Of a DNA stretch of 64,000 bases, positions 9,507 to 18,277 are shown piece after piece; the stretch's first letter is position 1, and the number at the start of each line of letters is the position of its first letter. The notes beneath the pieces are model-generated. The model saw only the letters and a list, made by a program, of their open reading frames with translations. It was not told the origin of the DNA and searched no databases. Both the position numbers and the translations under genes were made by a program. This stretch comes from Dehalococcoidia bacterium (GTDB taxonomy: Bacteria; Chloroflexota; Dehalococcoidia; Lucifugimonadales; UBA3495): positions 266,765 through 330,764 of the forward strand of contig OY760687.1 in assembly GCA_963663945.1 (NCBI GenBank). The letters run 5' to 3'.

Positions 9507-10850
9507 ATGAAAAGCATATCCAAACGGCTGATCCTGCTCGTTCCGGCGCTGGCATTGTTCGCGATGATCGCCTGCACCGCCCCGGCAGCCCAGGAACCGG
9601 AGGCCGCTCCTGCCAGTCCAGCTCCGGAGGCAATGGAGACGCGGGGGTCCGCCATGGAACCACCGCCGCTCGCCGACTTCAACGACCAGCGCCAGAGCGT
9701 CGACGAGGCGTGGGACCTGGTGCACGATGATTTCGACCAGTGGCGCGCCGACCTGACCATGTGTCATCCCACCACGATGACCGAGGCCCTGAGCGAGTTT
9801 GCCATCGAGTTCAACGATGTCACCGAGGATGCGCGAGACCTGACCCGTACCAAGACCACCGGAGAATTCGCCGACAAGCTGATAACGGCGGCGGAAAACG
9901 AGGAGACTGCGTTCCGGCAGCTCCGCGACCGCTGGCAGCCGGGGAACGTCTCACTGTTCGAAAATGTTGAGAATCAGCGGAACCTGGCCGCTCAGGCGCA
10001 GCGTGAAGCGAAGGATATGGCGCTTGAGCTGCGCGCGACCCTGGAAGAGACCGCTGACCCCGAAGAAATCGAAGAATTCGCCGCTGCTTTTGCTGGGATT
10101 GAGGAAGACTGGGAAGAGGCCAACGCAGAGTATGACGATCTCACCGACGGGGCGTCGGACGACGAGGTGTCCGCGGTCGTCAGCGGCCTCGAAGATCTGA
10201 ATGAGAAGATGGAGGCAATCGTCGAAGCCGTTGACGAACTGCCGTCTCTCAAGAGCGCCAGAGAAGCCACCAAGGCCCTGGAAAGCGCGGGCAAAGCCCA
10301 GGCGGACGCGATAGGCGATGCCATCGAAGCGGCCGGCACCGGCGATGACGCCAAGGTGCCCGATTTCAAGGCAGCGGACGCCAGCGTCAAGGCCAGCGAG
10401 GAAGCGCTGGACGGTCTGTCCGATGTGCTGGATGACATATCTGTTGAGGATACCGCCGACGCGCTGGCCGACATCACCATGTTCGAGCTGGAGTATGACC
10501 GCCTGCTCCAGTCGTGGGACAGGTTCCACTCCGGGTACAACTCCTGGCGCGCCGACGATGGCGGGTGTGATCGGCTCGAGGTGCTGGAATCTCTGACCGA
10601 GTTCAGCACCAACGTGGACGCCGTTGGCGACAGCGTGCGCGGCCTCCCCAAGTCCGGCCATCTTGAGCCCGTCCATCGCCTGCTGGTGGAAGCCATCGAA
10701 GGCGAGGAGCAGGCGTACCGGAGCCTGCGCGACACCTGGCAGCCGTTCACTCTCGACGCCCTGCGGGCCGTGGACCGGGCGCGCATCATGAGCGACACGC
10801 GCCGCAGCGACGCGGACATCATCATCGTGGAGCTGGAAAACCGCTTCTAG
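9507..10850 (+). CDS. Acidic helical lipoprotein with internal repeats
   Basis: Signal peptide ending in lipobox MIAC; D/E/A-rich; duplicated W..H....WRAD...C and EE.A.R.LRD.WQP motifs. Confidence 0.75.
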   Translation: MKSISKRLILLVPALALFAMIACTAPAAQEPEAAPASPAPEAMETRGSAMEPPPLADFNDQRQSVDEAWDLVHDDFDQWRADLTMCHPTTMTEALSEFAIEFNDVTEDARDLTRTKTTGEFADKLITAAENEETAFRQLRDRWQPGNVSLFENVENQRNLAAQAQREAKDMALELRATLEETADPEEIEEFAAAFAGIEEDWEEANAEYDDLTDGASDDEVSAVVSGLEDLNEKMEAIVEAVDELPSLKSAREATKALESAGKAQADAIGDAIEAAGTGDDAKVPDFKAADASVKASEEALDGLSDVLDDISVEDTADALADITMFELEYDRLLQSWDRFHSGYNSWRADDGGCDRLEVLESLTEFSTNVDAVGDSVRGLPKSGHLEPVHRLLVEAIEGEEQAYRSLRDTWQPFTLDALRAVDRARIMSDTRRSDADIIIVELENRF

Positions 10851-10879
10851 GCGTCTGACCAACGCGCAAAGGCCAGGAT

Positions 10880-10918
10880 CGGGCGGCGACCTCGGTTGAG
10901 AAGCGCCGCCCGTTTTCT
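10880..10918 (+). terminator. Putative intrinsic terminator
   Basis: CGGGCGGCG...CGCCGCCCG stem followed by TTTTCT. Confidence 0.6.
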
Positions 10919-10962
10919 ATCCGTGGGTTTCGGTCGAGCTGCGGGGCCGGCGAACCACTCGG

Positions 10963-10971
10963 TGCTATAAT
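10963..10971 (+). promoter_or_regulatory. Extended -10 promoter element
   Basis: TGcTATAAT 32 nt before the LLM start codon. Confidence 0.65.
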
Positions 10972-11003
10972 CCGCGAACTCCCACTGCGGTTACGGTGCA
11001 ACC

Positions 11004-12059
11004 ATGCGCTTCGGCCATTTTTTCTACCCCATGAAGTTCGACGACTCGCGCGATGACGTCGCGATCCAGGAATGCCTGGACGAGGCGGTGCTGGTCGAAG
11101 AGTTGGGTTACGACGCCATCTGGTTCGCCGAGCATTACTTCACCGGGGAGTGCGTGTACGGCGACCCGCTGGTGTTCGCCAGCGCGGTTGCGGTGAAAAC
11201 CCGCCGGGTCCTGCTGGGTTTTGGCATCATCGAGCTTCCGCTGCACAACCCGGTGCGGGTGGCGATGCAGACCGCGCTGCTGGACAACCTGAGCGAGGGC
11301 CGGTTGGTGGTGGGCACCGCCAAGGGCTCCAACTACAACGCGTTCGAGTACGTCGGCTTCGGCACTGACCCGGCGCTGGGCTCTGCCCAGATGGAGGAGG
11401 CCGAGCAGCTGATGGTCACGGCGTGGACGCAGGATGACGTTCACTTCGAAGGCGAGCATTACCAGGTGGCGTTCCCGTCGGTGCGGCCGAGGCCCTACCA
11501 GAAACCCCATCCTCCGCTGGCGCGGGCCTGCATCAACCGCGAGTCGATCATGGAGATGGCGCGGATCGGACGGCCGATCCTGCTGCGGGGCCGTTCCACA
11601 AACAGCACCGCCGCCGATATCGTCCTCTACCGCGACACCATGGCCGAGGCGGGGTTCGACGAGGAGGCCATCGAGCGCAACCTGGACCAGATCTGGGTGT
11701 GGCGCGAGATCCACGTGGCGGAAACCGACGACCAGGCCATGGACGAGTTCCTGCCGGCCAACCTGGAGGCCTACACGACCATCCAGGGATACCGCGAGCA
11801 GTGGAACCCGAAGGAATTTCCCATGTCCTACCAGCCGCCGCCCATCCAGAAGGACGCCTACGGCGACCGGCCCAATCCCGATGCGCCGGAAAACCTCGTG
11901 GGCAGCCCGCAGCGGGTGGCCGAGCAGTTGGACGAAATGCGCAGCCTGGGCATCCGCAACCTGATGCTGACCAACCGCGGGCTGATGCCAGCGGAGGCGA
12001 CGCAGCGCTCGCTGCGCCTTATCGCCGAGCAGGTGATGCCGAAGTTCCCCAACGCCTGA
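11004..12059 (+). CDS. LLM-class flavin-dependent oxidoreductase
   Basis: ELGYDAIWFAEHYF, HNPVRVA, LDNLSEGRL, PRPYQKPHPP, LVGSP. Confidence 0.92.
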   Translation: MRFGHFFYPMKFDDSRDDVAIQECLDEAVLVEELGYDAIWFAEHYFTGECVYGDPLVFASAVAVKTRRVLLGFGIIELPLHNPVRVAMQTALLDNLSEGRLVVGTAKGSNYNAFEYVGFGTDPALGSAQMEEAEQLMVTAWTQDDVHFEGEHYQVAFPSVRPRPYQKPHPPLARACINRESIMEMARIGRPILLRGRSTNSTAADIVLYRDTMAEAGFDEEAIERNLDQIWVWREIHVAETDDQAMDEFLPANLEAYTTIQGYREQWNPKEFPMSYQPPPIQKDAYGDRPNPDAPENLVGSPQRVAEQLDEMRSLGIRNLMLTNRGLMPAEATQRSLRLIAEQVMPKFPNA

Positions 12060-12076
12060 ACCGGCGCGCCCCAAAG

Positions 12077-12133
12077 TGTCATTGCGAGCTAAGCGCGGCA
12101 ATCTTGTCGGGTGAGCGCAACCCTTCGGTGACA
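12077..12133 (+). repeat. Degenerate REP-like element (TGTCATTGCGAG...GGCAATCT...GTGACA type)
   Basis: Intergenic TGTCATTGCGAG, GGCAATCT and complementary GTGACA end; only one copy seen. Confidence 0.4.
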
Positions 12134-12168
12134 AACCAACCGAACCCGCCTCGATTGGGAGGACAGCT

Positions 12169-12558
12169 ATGGAAAAGACCAGGAACAACCATCCCGACAT
12201 CGCGCCGTCGGGGCCGACTTTCAGCCGAACGGTGCGCACTGGCAACTGGCTGTTCATCGCCGGCTGCACCGCCCGGGGCACTGATGCCCAGGGCAAGTCC
12301 CTGATGGAACAGACTCGCGTGACTCTGGACCGGATCGCGCAAATCGTGCGCGCCGAGGGCGGGCAGCCGTCGGACATAGTAAAGATCACGACCTTCGTGA
12401 CCAGCATCCCGGCCTGGCGCGAGGAGCGCGAGACCCAGGAGGCGCTGTGGGTCGAGTTCTTCGACGGCGCCTACCCGGCCAACACGCTGATTGAGATCAC
12501 GGGGCTGGCCGAGGCCGGCCTGGACGTGGAGATCGAGGCCGTGGCCGAAATCAGCTGA
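12169..12558 (+). CDS. RidA/YjgF family protein
   Basis: LFIAGCT, DIVKITTFVT, YPANTLIEI..L...VEIEAVA. Confidence 0.88.
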   Translation: MEKTRNNHPDIAPSGPTFSRTVRTGNWLFIAGCTARGTDAQGKSLMEQTRVTLDRIAQIVRAEGGQPSDIVKITTFVTSIPAWREERETQEALWVEFFDGAYPANTLIEITGLAEAGLDVEIEAVAEIS

Positions 12559-12578
12559 TTGGCTCTACAGGGCGGCGC

Positions 12579-13166
12579 TCACGCCGGGCGGTGGAACTCC
12601 TCCACCTGCTGCAGGTAGTTGCGCAGCAGGTCGTGACCCACCAGCGTCATTATTGATTCAGGGTGGAACTGGATGCCCTCCACGGGCAGCTCCTTGTGGC
12701 GCACGCCCATGATGAGGCCGTTGTCTGTCCACGCGGTGACTTCGAGGAAGTCGGGCACGGTCTCGGGGTAGATCACCAGGCTGTGGTAGCGGATGCCCTC
12801 GAAGGGGTTGGGCAGGCCGGCGAACACTCCCCTGCCGTCGTGGTGAATCATCGAGGTCTTGCCGTGGCGGATCTCGCCGGCTCGGTCCACGGTCGCGCCG
12901 TAGGCATCACCGATGCACTGGTGGCCGAGGCAGACGCCCAGCACGGGCAGTTTGGGGCCGAAGTGCCGGATGACGTCGTTGGAGATGCCGGCCTCCCGGG
13001 GGGTGCAGGGGCCCGGGGACACCACGATGCCCTCGGGCTGCATCGCCTCGATGTCCTCGATGGTGGTCTTGTCGTTGCGGATCACCTCAACCTCGGCGCC
13101 CAGCTCGCACAGGTACTGGTAGAGGTTGTAGGTGAAGCTGTCGTAGTTGTCGATGAGCAGCAGCAT
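12579..13166 (-). CDS. trpG: Anthranilate synthase component II (glutamine amidotransferase)
   Basis: IDNYDSFTYNL, SPGPCTP, GVCLGHQ, RYHSL, QFHPES. Confidence 0.93.
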   Translation of the reverse strand: MLLLIDNYDSFTYNLYQYLCELGAEVEVIRNDKTTIEDIEAMQPEGIVVSPGPCTPREAGISNDVIRHFGPKLPVLGVCLGHQCIGDAYGATVDRAGEIRHGKTSMIHHDGRGVFAGLPNPFEGIRYHSLVIYPETVPDFLEVTAWTDNGLIMGVRHKELPVEGIQFHPESIMTLVGHDLLRNYLQQVEEFHRPA

Positions 13167-13606
13167 CAGTAAAGCTCCACCAGTTCCAGCCAGTTGCCGT
13201 CCGGGTCCTGGCAGTAGGAGGCCTTGCGCACCATGTTTCCGGCGTCGTCGTACATGGCAACCGGCGGCGTGGGGTAGCTGAGGCCGCGATTGCGGGTGTT
13301 CTCGTAGAAGGCGTCGATATCCTCGACGAAGAAGGCCAGATGCGCGGCGCGCACGTCATTCTTGTCGAAATCGGCGTACCCGCCCTCGGGGTTCATGTAC
13401 TGGATGAGCTCCAGCTGGTGGCCGTCGCCCATGTCGAAGAACGCGCCCTTGATGTGGGCGTCGGGGAAGCCCAGCAGAGTGGCGGGGAACTCGCCGGTGC
13501 GCTCGGTGCGCATGGTCAGGTTGAGGCCCAGCACGTCGGAGTAAAAGGCCACGGCGGCCTCCAGGTCTTTGACAATGAAACCGGTGTGGAAGAATGATTT
13601 GAGCAT
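13166..13606 (-). CDS. VOC/glyoxalase family protein
   Basis: HTGFIVKDLEAAVAFY, LELIQY, HLAFFVEDID, DPDGNWLELVE; TGATG overlap with trpG. Confidence 0.9.
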   Translation of the reverse strand: MLKSFFHTGFIVKDLEAAVAFYSDVLGLNLTMRTERTGEFPATLLGFPDAHIKGAFFDMGDGHQLELIQYMNPEGGYADFDKNDVRAAHLAFFVEDIDAFYENTRNRGLSYPTPPVAMYDDAGNMVRKASYCQDPDGNWLELVELY

Positions 13607-13658
13607 TGCGACCTCGCGTTATTGCATGGATGGACCGGATTGACGGGATGGCAGGACG

Positions 13659-15119
13659 TTAGACAGCTCCCTCGGCAACGTCGATGGCGCGCATCATGGC
13701 GCCCGATTTGTGGCGGGTCTCCATGTATTCGTCCTCGGCCACGCTGTCGGCGACCACGCCGCCGCCGGCCTGCACGTACATGACGCCGTCCTTGAAGACG
13801 CCGGTGCGCAGGACCAGGGCGGTGTCCATGTTGCCGTTGTAGCTGAAGTACGCCACCGCGCCGCCGTAGGGTCCGCGCCGTTCCTGCTCGATTTCGGCGA
13901 TGATCTCCATGGCGCGGATCTTGGGCGCGCCGGAGACGGTGCCAGCGGGGAAACAGGCGCGCAAGGCGTCGTAGGGAGTCATGTCGGACCGCAATTCGCC
14001 CTCGACGTGGGACACCAGGTGCATGACGTGGGAGAACCGCTCCACATCCATGTACTGGGTGACCTTGACCGTGCCGGGGACGCTGACGCGGCCGATGTCG
14101 TTGCGCCCCAGGTCCAGCAGCATGATGTGTTCGGCCTGCTGCTTTTCGCTGCCCTTGAGTTCCTCTTCCAGGGCGATGTCCTCTGCCGGTGTCTGGCCAC
14201 GCGGACGGGTGCCGGCGATGGGGTGTGTGGCCACGGTGCCATCATGGACAGTGGCCACCGTCTCGATGGCAGCGCCCACGATCTGGAAGCCGTTGAGGTC
14301 CAGGTAGTACATGTAGGGCGACGGGTTGCTGCCGCGCAGGGCGCGGTACACCTGGAAGGGGTGAGCGTCGGTGCGACGGCTGAACCGCTGGGAGTTCACC
14401 ACCTGGATTACGTCGCCGGCGTAGATGTACTCGATGCACTTTTCAATCGCCGCTTCGTACTCGGGCACAGTGAAGTTGGACTCGGTTCCTTCGGAGGAGG
14501 GCAGCGCTGGCTGGGCAAGAAGTTCCGCCGGCAGGACCAGCGGGCGGGAGAGCCGGTCAACCATGCGCTCGATCTTGGCGGTCGCCGCGTCGTAGGCCTC
14601 GGCTATGTCACCACCGTCGAGGCGGGCATGGCTGACCACCTTGATGTCGTGGCGCAGGTGGTCGAACACCAGCAGCGTGTCGGTGAACATGAAGACCGAC
14701 TCGGGCAGGCCCTGGGGGTCGGCCTCCGGCATGGGGATGCGCGGCTCGAAGTAGTGCACCGCGTCGTAGGCAACGTAGCCCACGCCGCCGCCGTGGAATG
14801 GAGGCAGACCTTCCACAGGAATCAGCTGGAAGGTGTCCATTTCCTGCTCCACGAGGGTCAGCGGATCCACCGTGCCCGACGGGTGGTCGGCGCCGGTGCT
14901 GAACACATCGTAAGGTTCGGTGCCGATGAAACTGTAGCGGCCGATGCGCTCGCCGCCGGCCACCGATTCCAGCAGGAACGAGTAGGGCGGGCGTGCCACC
15001 TTCAGGTAGGCGGACACGGGAGTCTCCAGGTCGGCGTTGATGGTGCGGTAAATCGGGCAGAGGTTGCCCTGGCCGACCAGGGCGCGGACCTGATCAAGCG
15101 TGGGGTAGTACATTGTCAT
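13659..15119 (-). CDS. trpE: Anthranilate synthase component I
   Basis: FLLES, NPSPYM, PIAGTRPRG, EHIMLLDLGRND, FPAGTVSGAPKIRAM; Trp T-box upstream. Confidence 0.95.
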   Translation of the reverse strand: MTMYYPTLDQVRALVGQGNLCPIYRTINADLETPVSAYLKVARPPYSFLLESVAGGERIGRYSFIGTEPYDVFSTGADHPSGTVDPLTLVEQEMDTFQLIPVEGLPPFHGGGVGYVAYDAVHYFEPRIPMPEADPQGLPESVFMFTDTLLVFDHLRHDIKVVSHARLDGGDIAEAYDAATAKIERMVDRLSRPLVLPAELLAQPALPSSEGTESNFTVPEYEAAIEKCIEYIYAGDVIQVVNSQRFSRRTDAHPFQVYRALRGSNPSPYMYYLDLNGFQIVGAAIETVATVHDGTVATHPIAGTRPRGQTPAEDIALEEELKGSEKQQAEHIMLLDLGRNDIGRVSVPGTVKVTQYMDVERFSHVMHLVSHVEGELRSDMTPYDALRACFPAGTVSGAPKIRAMEIIAEIEQERRGPYGGAVAYFSYNGNMDTALVLRTGVFKDGVMYVQAGGGVVADSVAEDEYMETRHKSGAMMRAIDVAEGAV

Positions 15120-15153
15120 GTTGTGCTTTCCAGATGTGTTGGGTGGCGGCGGC

Positions 15154-15392
15154 AAAAGAAAAAGCCCGTCCCCTGCGGGACGAGCCTTATGGCCGCGATG
15201 CCACCCTGCATACGGTGTTCTGCGGGCGTGTAACGCGGCCCATACGGCCCGGCCTACTCAGCGCGGCAACGAGTGGTTGCGGCCTTTCGGCGGGCGGCTC
15301 CGGGGTCCATTCCGCGTCTGCGCCTGGCGCCGGTTCGCAGCTAACCCGGCTCTCTGGGCCTCGCTGGACGCGTACTAATCCCCTTCACGGCA
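15154..15392 (-). promoter_or_regulatory. T-box riboswitch, Trp specifier, transcription attenuation type
   Basis: Minus strand: AGTA and CAGAGAG...GCTGCGAA stem I motifs, specifier GAA-TGG-A (15309-15307), T-box GCAGGGTGGCATCGCGG, terminator GCTCGTCCC-GCAG-GGGACGGGC-TTTTTCTTTT. Confidence 0.92.
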
Positions 15393-15418
15393 ATTGGGTA
15401 TTCGAATTTGCGAGATCA

Positions 15419-15447
15419 ATTGTATGGCGGGCGGTTGGGGGCGTCAA
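15419..15447 (-). promoter_or_regulatory. Sigma70 promoter for the T-box/trp operon
   Basis: TTGACG-17 nt-TACAAT. Confidence 0.8.
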
Positions 15448-15615
15448 CGATCTGCAGAGTAAGGAGGAGATTTCGCTACTAGGTGAGGATGTCGTCCAAT
15501 AAATAAACCGCAGAAATTCCTACGAATTGCGTAACGCGCACACGGCTGCGAGATCCAGTGATCCGGTGGTGCCAAGTTAACCCGGCCCGATGTCATACCA
15601 AACAAAGCGAAAGGG

Positions 15616-16692
15616 TTACTCAGGGAGGCGCACTTCTGGATGGCGTATCGTATCACCCCGCAACTCGTCGCCCAGGTTAACGTATTCCTTGAAGGCGCGG
15701 TTCAAGTGCTCAGGATGGGCAGCACGTCCCACACGACGCTCCATTTCAATCTTGTCGTCCTCTGCCCTTACGCGCTTCCAGTATTCAAACCCGAACAACG
15801 ACGAGGACAGCGACATATCCTCCAAGTCAGGATTGGTGTACAAGGTCGGCACTTCATCAGTCGCATGTGTCCAAACCCACACGGCCGGGATGTTCGCGCG
15901 TATTTCCTCTTTCCGTCTGTTGGTTCTCCAAAACCCCAAGCCGTTCATCCCTTTGTCGACGACTTCGCCGCTAGTTTTATCGATCGTCAGATATTCTGTA
16001 CCGTACGATTCAGTCATGCCGCTGAAGGGTTTATGGGTTGAACAGTTTAGGAACGCCAAGACGAGGGATGTGCCATCGAGCAAATCGCCGGTGTATCTCT
16101 CGGATACCTGCCGAACGATCTTGCCCAAGATGTCTTCCATGTCTGGGATGACCGTGCGGCTTTTGCTGTAGCTTATGCCTCGCAACAGCTTTCCCGTGCC
16201 GTCGTCAGGGATTGCCGTCACTTCGTACTTCGCGTCGCCCAGCATGAAGTGTCGACCGGGGAAATCAAAATTGAAAACGAGACTGCGGTCAACCTAGGTC
16301 AGCCAGTCAATTATTCTGCCTATCTCGCTTGTGGAAGGAATCTGTTCCAACTCACCGTCATCGTGGCGTAGTCCAATGCCGACCCCATTGACGGACCTCA
16401 ATTCCATCAACTCCAACTCGAAACACAGGTTGTAGTACGTATGCTCACCTATGCCGTCATGAACCGCTTTTGCCTCAACGTAGCAGGGGGCACCAGTCGT
16501 AGCATCTCGGATTAAGAAGTCCGGATTCTTCTTGCCATCGCGTAACTTGGGATTACGTTCGCAGAACTCTCCAGCTTGTACGAAGATCTGCTTCAGGTGT
16601 TCCTCGAATTGCTTGGACATCCACTGCTGATGTCTCTGAAGCTCTTTGCGCCGGTTGGCGTATCCCAATTCACGGACCACTGAAGCTGACAT
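15616..16692 (-). pseudogene. PD-(D/E)XK nuclease-like gene interrupted by one in-frame TAG (16296-16294)
   Basis: ORFs 16294..16740 and 15616..16245 share a frame with 16 sense codons between them; KNPDFLI...YVEAK motif; GGAGG RBS before ATG 16692; lower GC. Confidence 0.6.
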
Positions 16693-16920
16693 GCTTTGCC
16701 TCCACATCAAATCACAAACCAACCGCACTCCGGTCACCAAGCGTAATTCTCCTACAATATCAGTCGCACGATCTGCGGATAACGTCGTGACATATGATAA
16801 TCGACGAGTAGCGAAATCGCCTCAGAGCAAGATGGACAAGATCGACCAACGGAAGCATAATCTTGATGACCAGTTAAAGCCGTTGACCGCAGCGTGCAAC
16901 GCTAACAGCGCAGGTATTTC

Positions 16921-17298
16921 GTGACCCAATTGCTTTCATACCAAGCCATCTTCGGCGACGCTCGTCATATGCATGCGCAAGCGATCGAACGGTTGTCGCA
17001 TGGAGATGTACGTGACGCGGCTGAGAAGGCTTGGTGCGCGACCAAGCGTGCCACCGACGCCCTGATCCTGGCTCGCACCGGCGAGGAGCCGCCAACCACG
17101 GCGCTGACTTCAAACGGTCTCGATGCGCTGGCCAGGACGGACGAGACGGTCAGGTCTCTCGTCGGCCGCTATTACAGCCGCATCAGCCAACTTCACGGCG
17201 CATGCTTCTACAACGGTATCTGCAACTCTGAAACGGAACGCCGCATCCGCGAAACGGGCGATTATATCGACGACGCGCAACGACTCGCCGGTTCCTAG
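16921..17298 (+). CDS. PaREP1-like (HEPN superfamily) protein
   Basis: GDVRDAAEKAWCA and LHGACFY signatures. Confidence 0.75.
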   Translation: MTQLLSYQAIFGDARHMHAQAIERLSHGDVRDAAEKAWCATKRATDALILARTGEEPPTTALTSNGLDALARTDETVRSLVGRYYSRISQLHGACFYNGICNSETERRIRETGDYIDDAQRLAGS

Positions 17299-17303
17299 AC
17301 AGG

Positions 17304-18272
17304 TCACGGCGTCAGCAGTATCTTCCCGGTCGTCTCCCGGCCTTCCAGGCGGCGGTGGGCCTCGGGGGCTTCTGCCAGGGGTAGGTTGAGGGTGACCTTT
17401 AGCCTGATCTGGCCAGACTGGACCCAGGACAGGCACTCCTCGGCGCGCTGCACCAGTTCGTGGCGCGTGGCGGTGTAGTCGCCCAGGCTGGGGCGGGTCA
17501 GGAACAGCGAGCCGTTGCGCAGCATGCCGGAGTCCACCGGACCCACGGGCCCGCCGGCCTGCCCGTACAGGGCCATGCAGCCACGCCGACCGAGGATCCG
17601 CAGGCCCTTCTCGAAGGTGGTCGCGCCCACGGCGTCGTAGATGATTTTGACGCCCTGGCCGTCGGTCATCCGCCGGATCTCTTCCTCGAAGTCCTGTCGG
17701 GTATACAGGATTACGTCGTCGGCGCCGGCGTTGCTGGCGAGGGCGGCCTTGTCGTCGGTGGAAACGGTGGTGTAGACGTGGAGACCCATGCGCTTCAGCA
17801 TCTGGATGAGCAGCAGGCCCATCCCGCCGGCGCCAGCGTGGACCAGCGCGCTCTGTCCGGCCTGCAGCGGCACGATGTCGTTGACCAGGAAGTGGGCGGT
17901 CATGCACTGGAGCAGGGTGGCCGCGCCCGTCTCGAAGTCCATCGCGTCGGGGATGCGAACCAGCAGCCACGCGGGGACGGCCTGCTGCTCGGCGTAGGAG
18001 CCGGTGTGCATGGCGTAGGCGACACGGTCCCCCACGCTGACCTCGGTGACGCCGTCGCCCACGGCGATGACCTCGCCCGATGCCTCGCGGCCGGGCGTCC
18101 ACGGGAATGTGGCCGGCGGGTTGGTGCCCTTCCGGCTGGACACGTCGGTGTAGTTGACGCCGATGTTGCGGATGGCGACCACCGCTTCGCCGGGACCGGC
18201 GGTGGGTTCGGGCATGTCCTCGTATGTGAGCACGTCGGGTCCGCCGACTTCGTAAGCGCGTATGCCTTTCAT
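17304..18272 (-). CDS. qor: NADPH:quinone oxidoreductase (zeta-crystallin/MDR family)
   Basis: GVNYTD, PGREASG, LVHAGAGGMG, YDAVG, GSLFLTRP, TTGKILL. Confidence 0.9.
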   Translation of the reverse strand: MKGIRAYEVGGPDVLTYEDMPEPTAGPGEAVVAIRNIGVNYTDVSSRKGTNPPATFPWTPGREASGEVIAVGDGVTEVSVGDRVAYAMHTGSYAEQQAVPAWLLVRIPDAMDFETGAATLLQCMTAHFLVNDIVPLQAGQSALVHAGAGGMGLLLIQMLKRMGLHVYTTVSTDDKAALASNAGADDVILYTRQDFEEEIRRMTDGQGVKIIYDAVGATTFEKGLRILGRRGCMALYGQAGGPVGPVDSGMLRNGSLFLTRPSLGDYTATRHELVQRAEECLSWVQSGQIRLKVTLNLPLAEAPEAHRRLEGRETTGKILLTP

Positions 18273-18277
18273 GGTGT

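Noticed and set aside
16294-16296. Selenocysteine recoding of the internal stop
   Set aside because: The codon is TAG, not TGA; no in-frame TGA selenoprotein candidate was noticed in the window.
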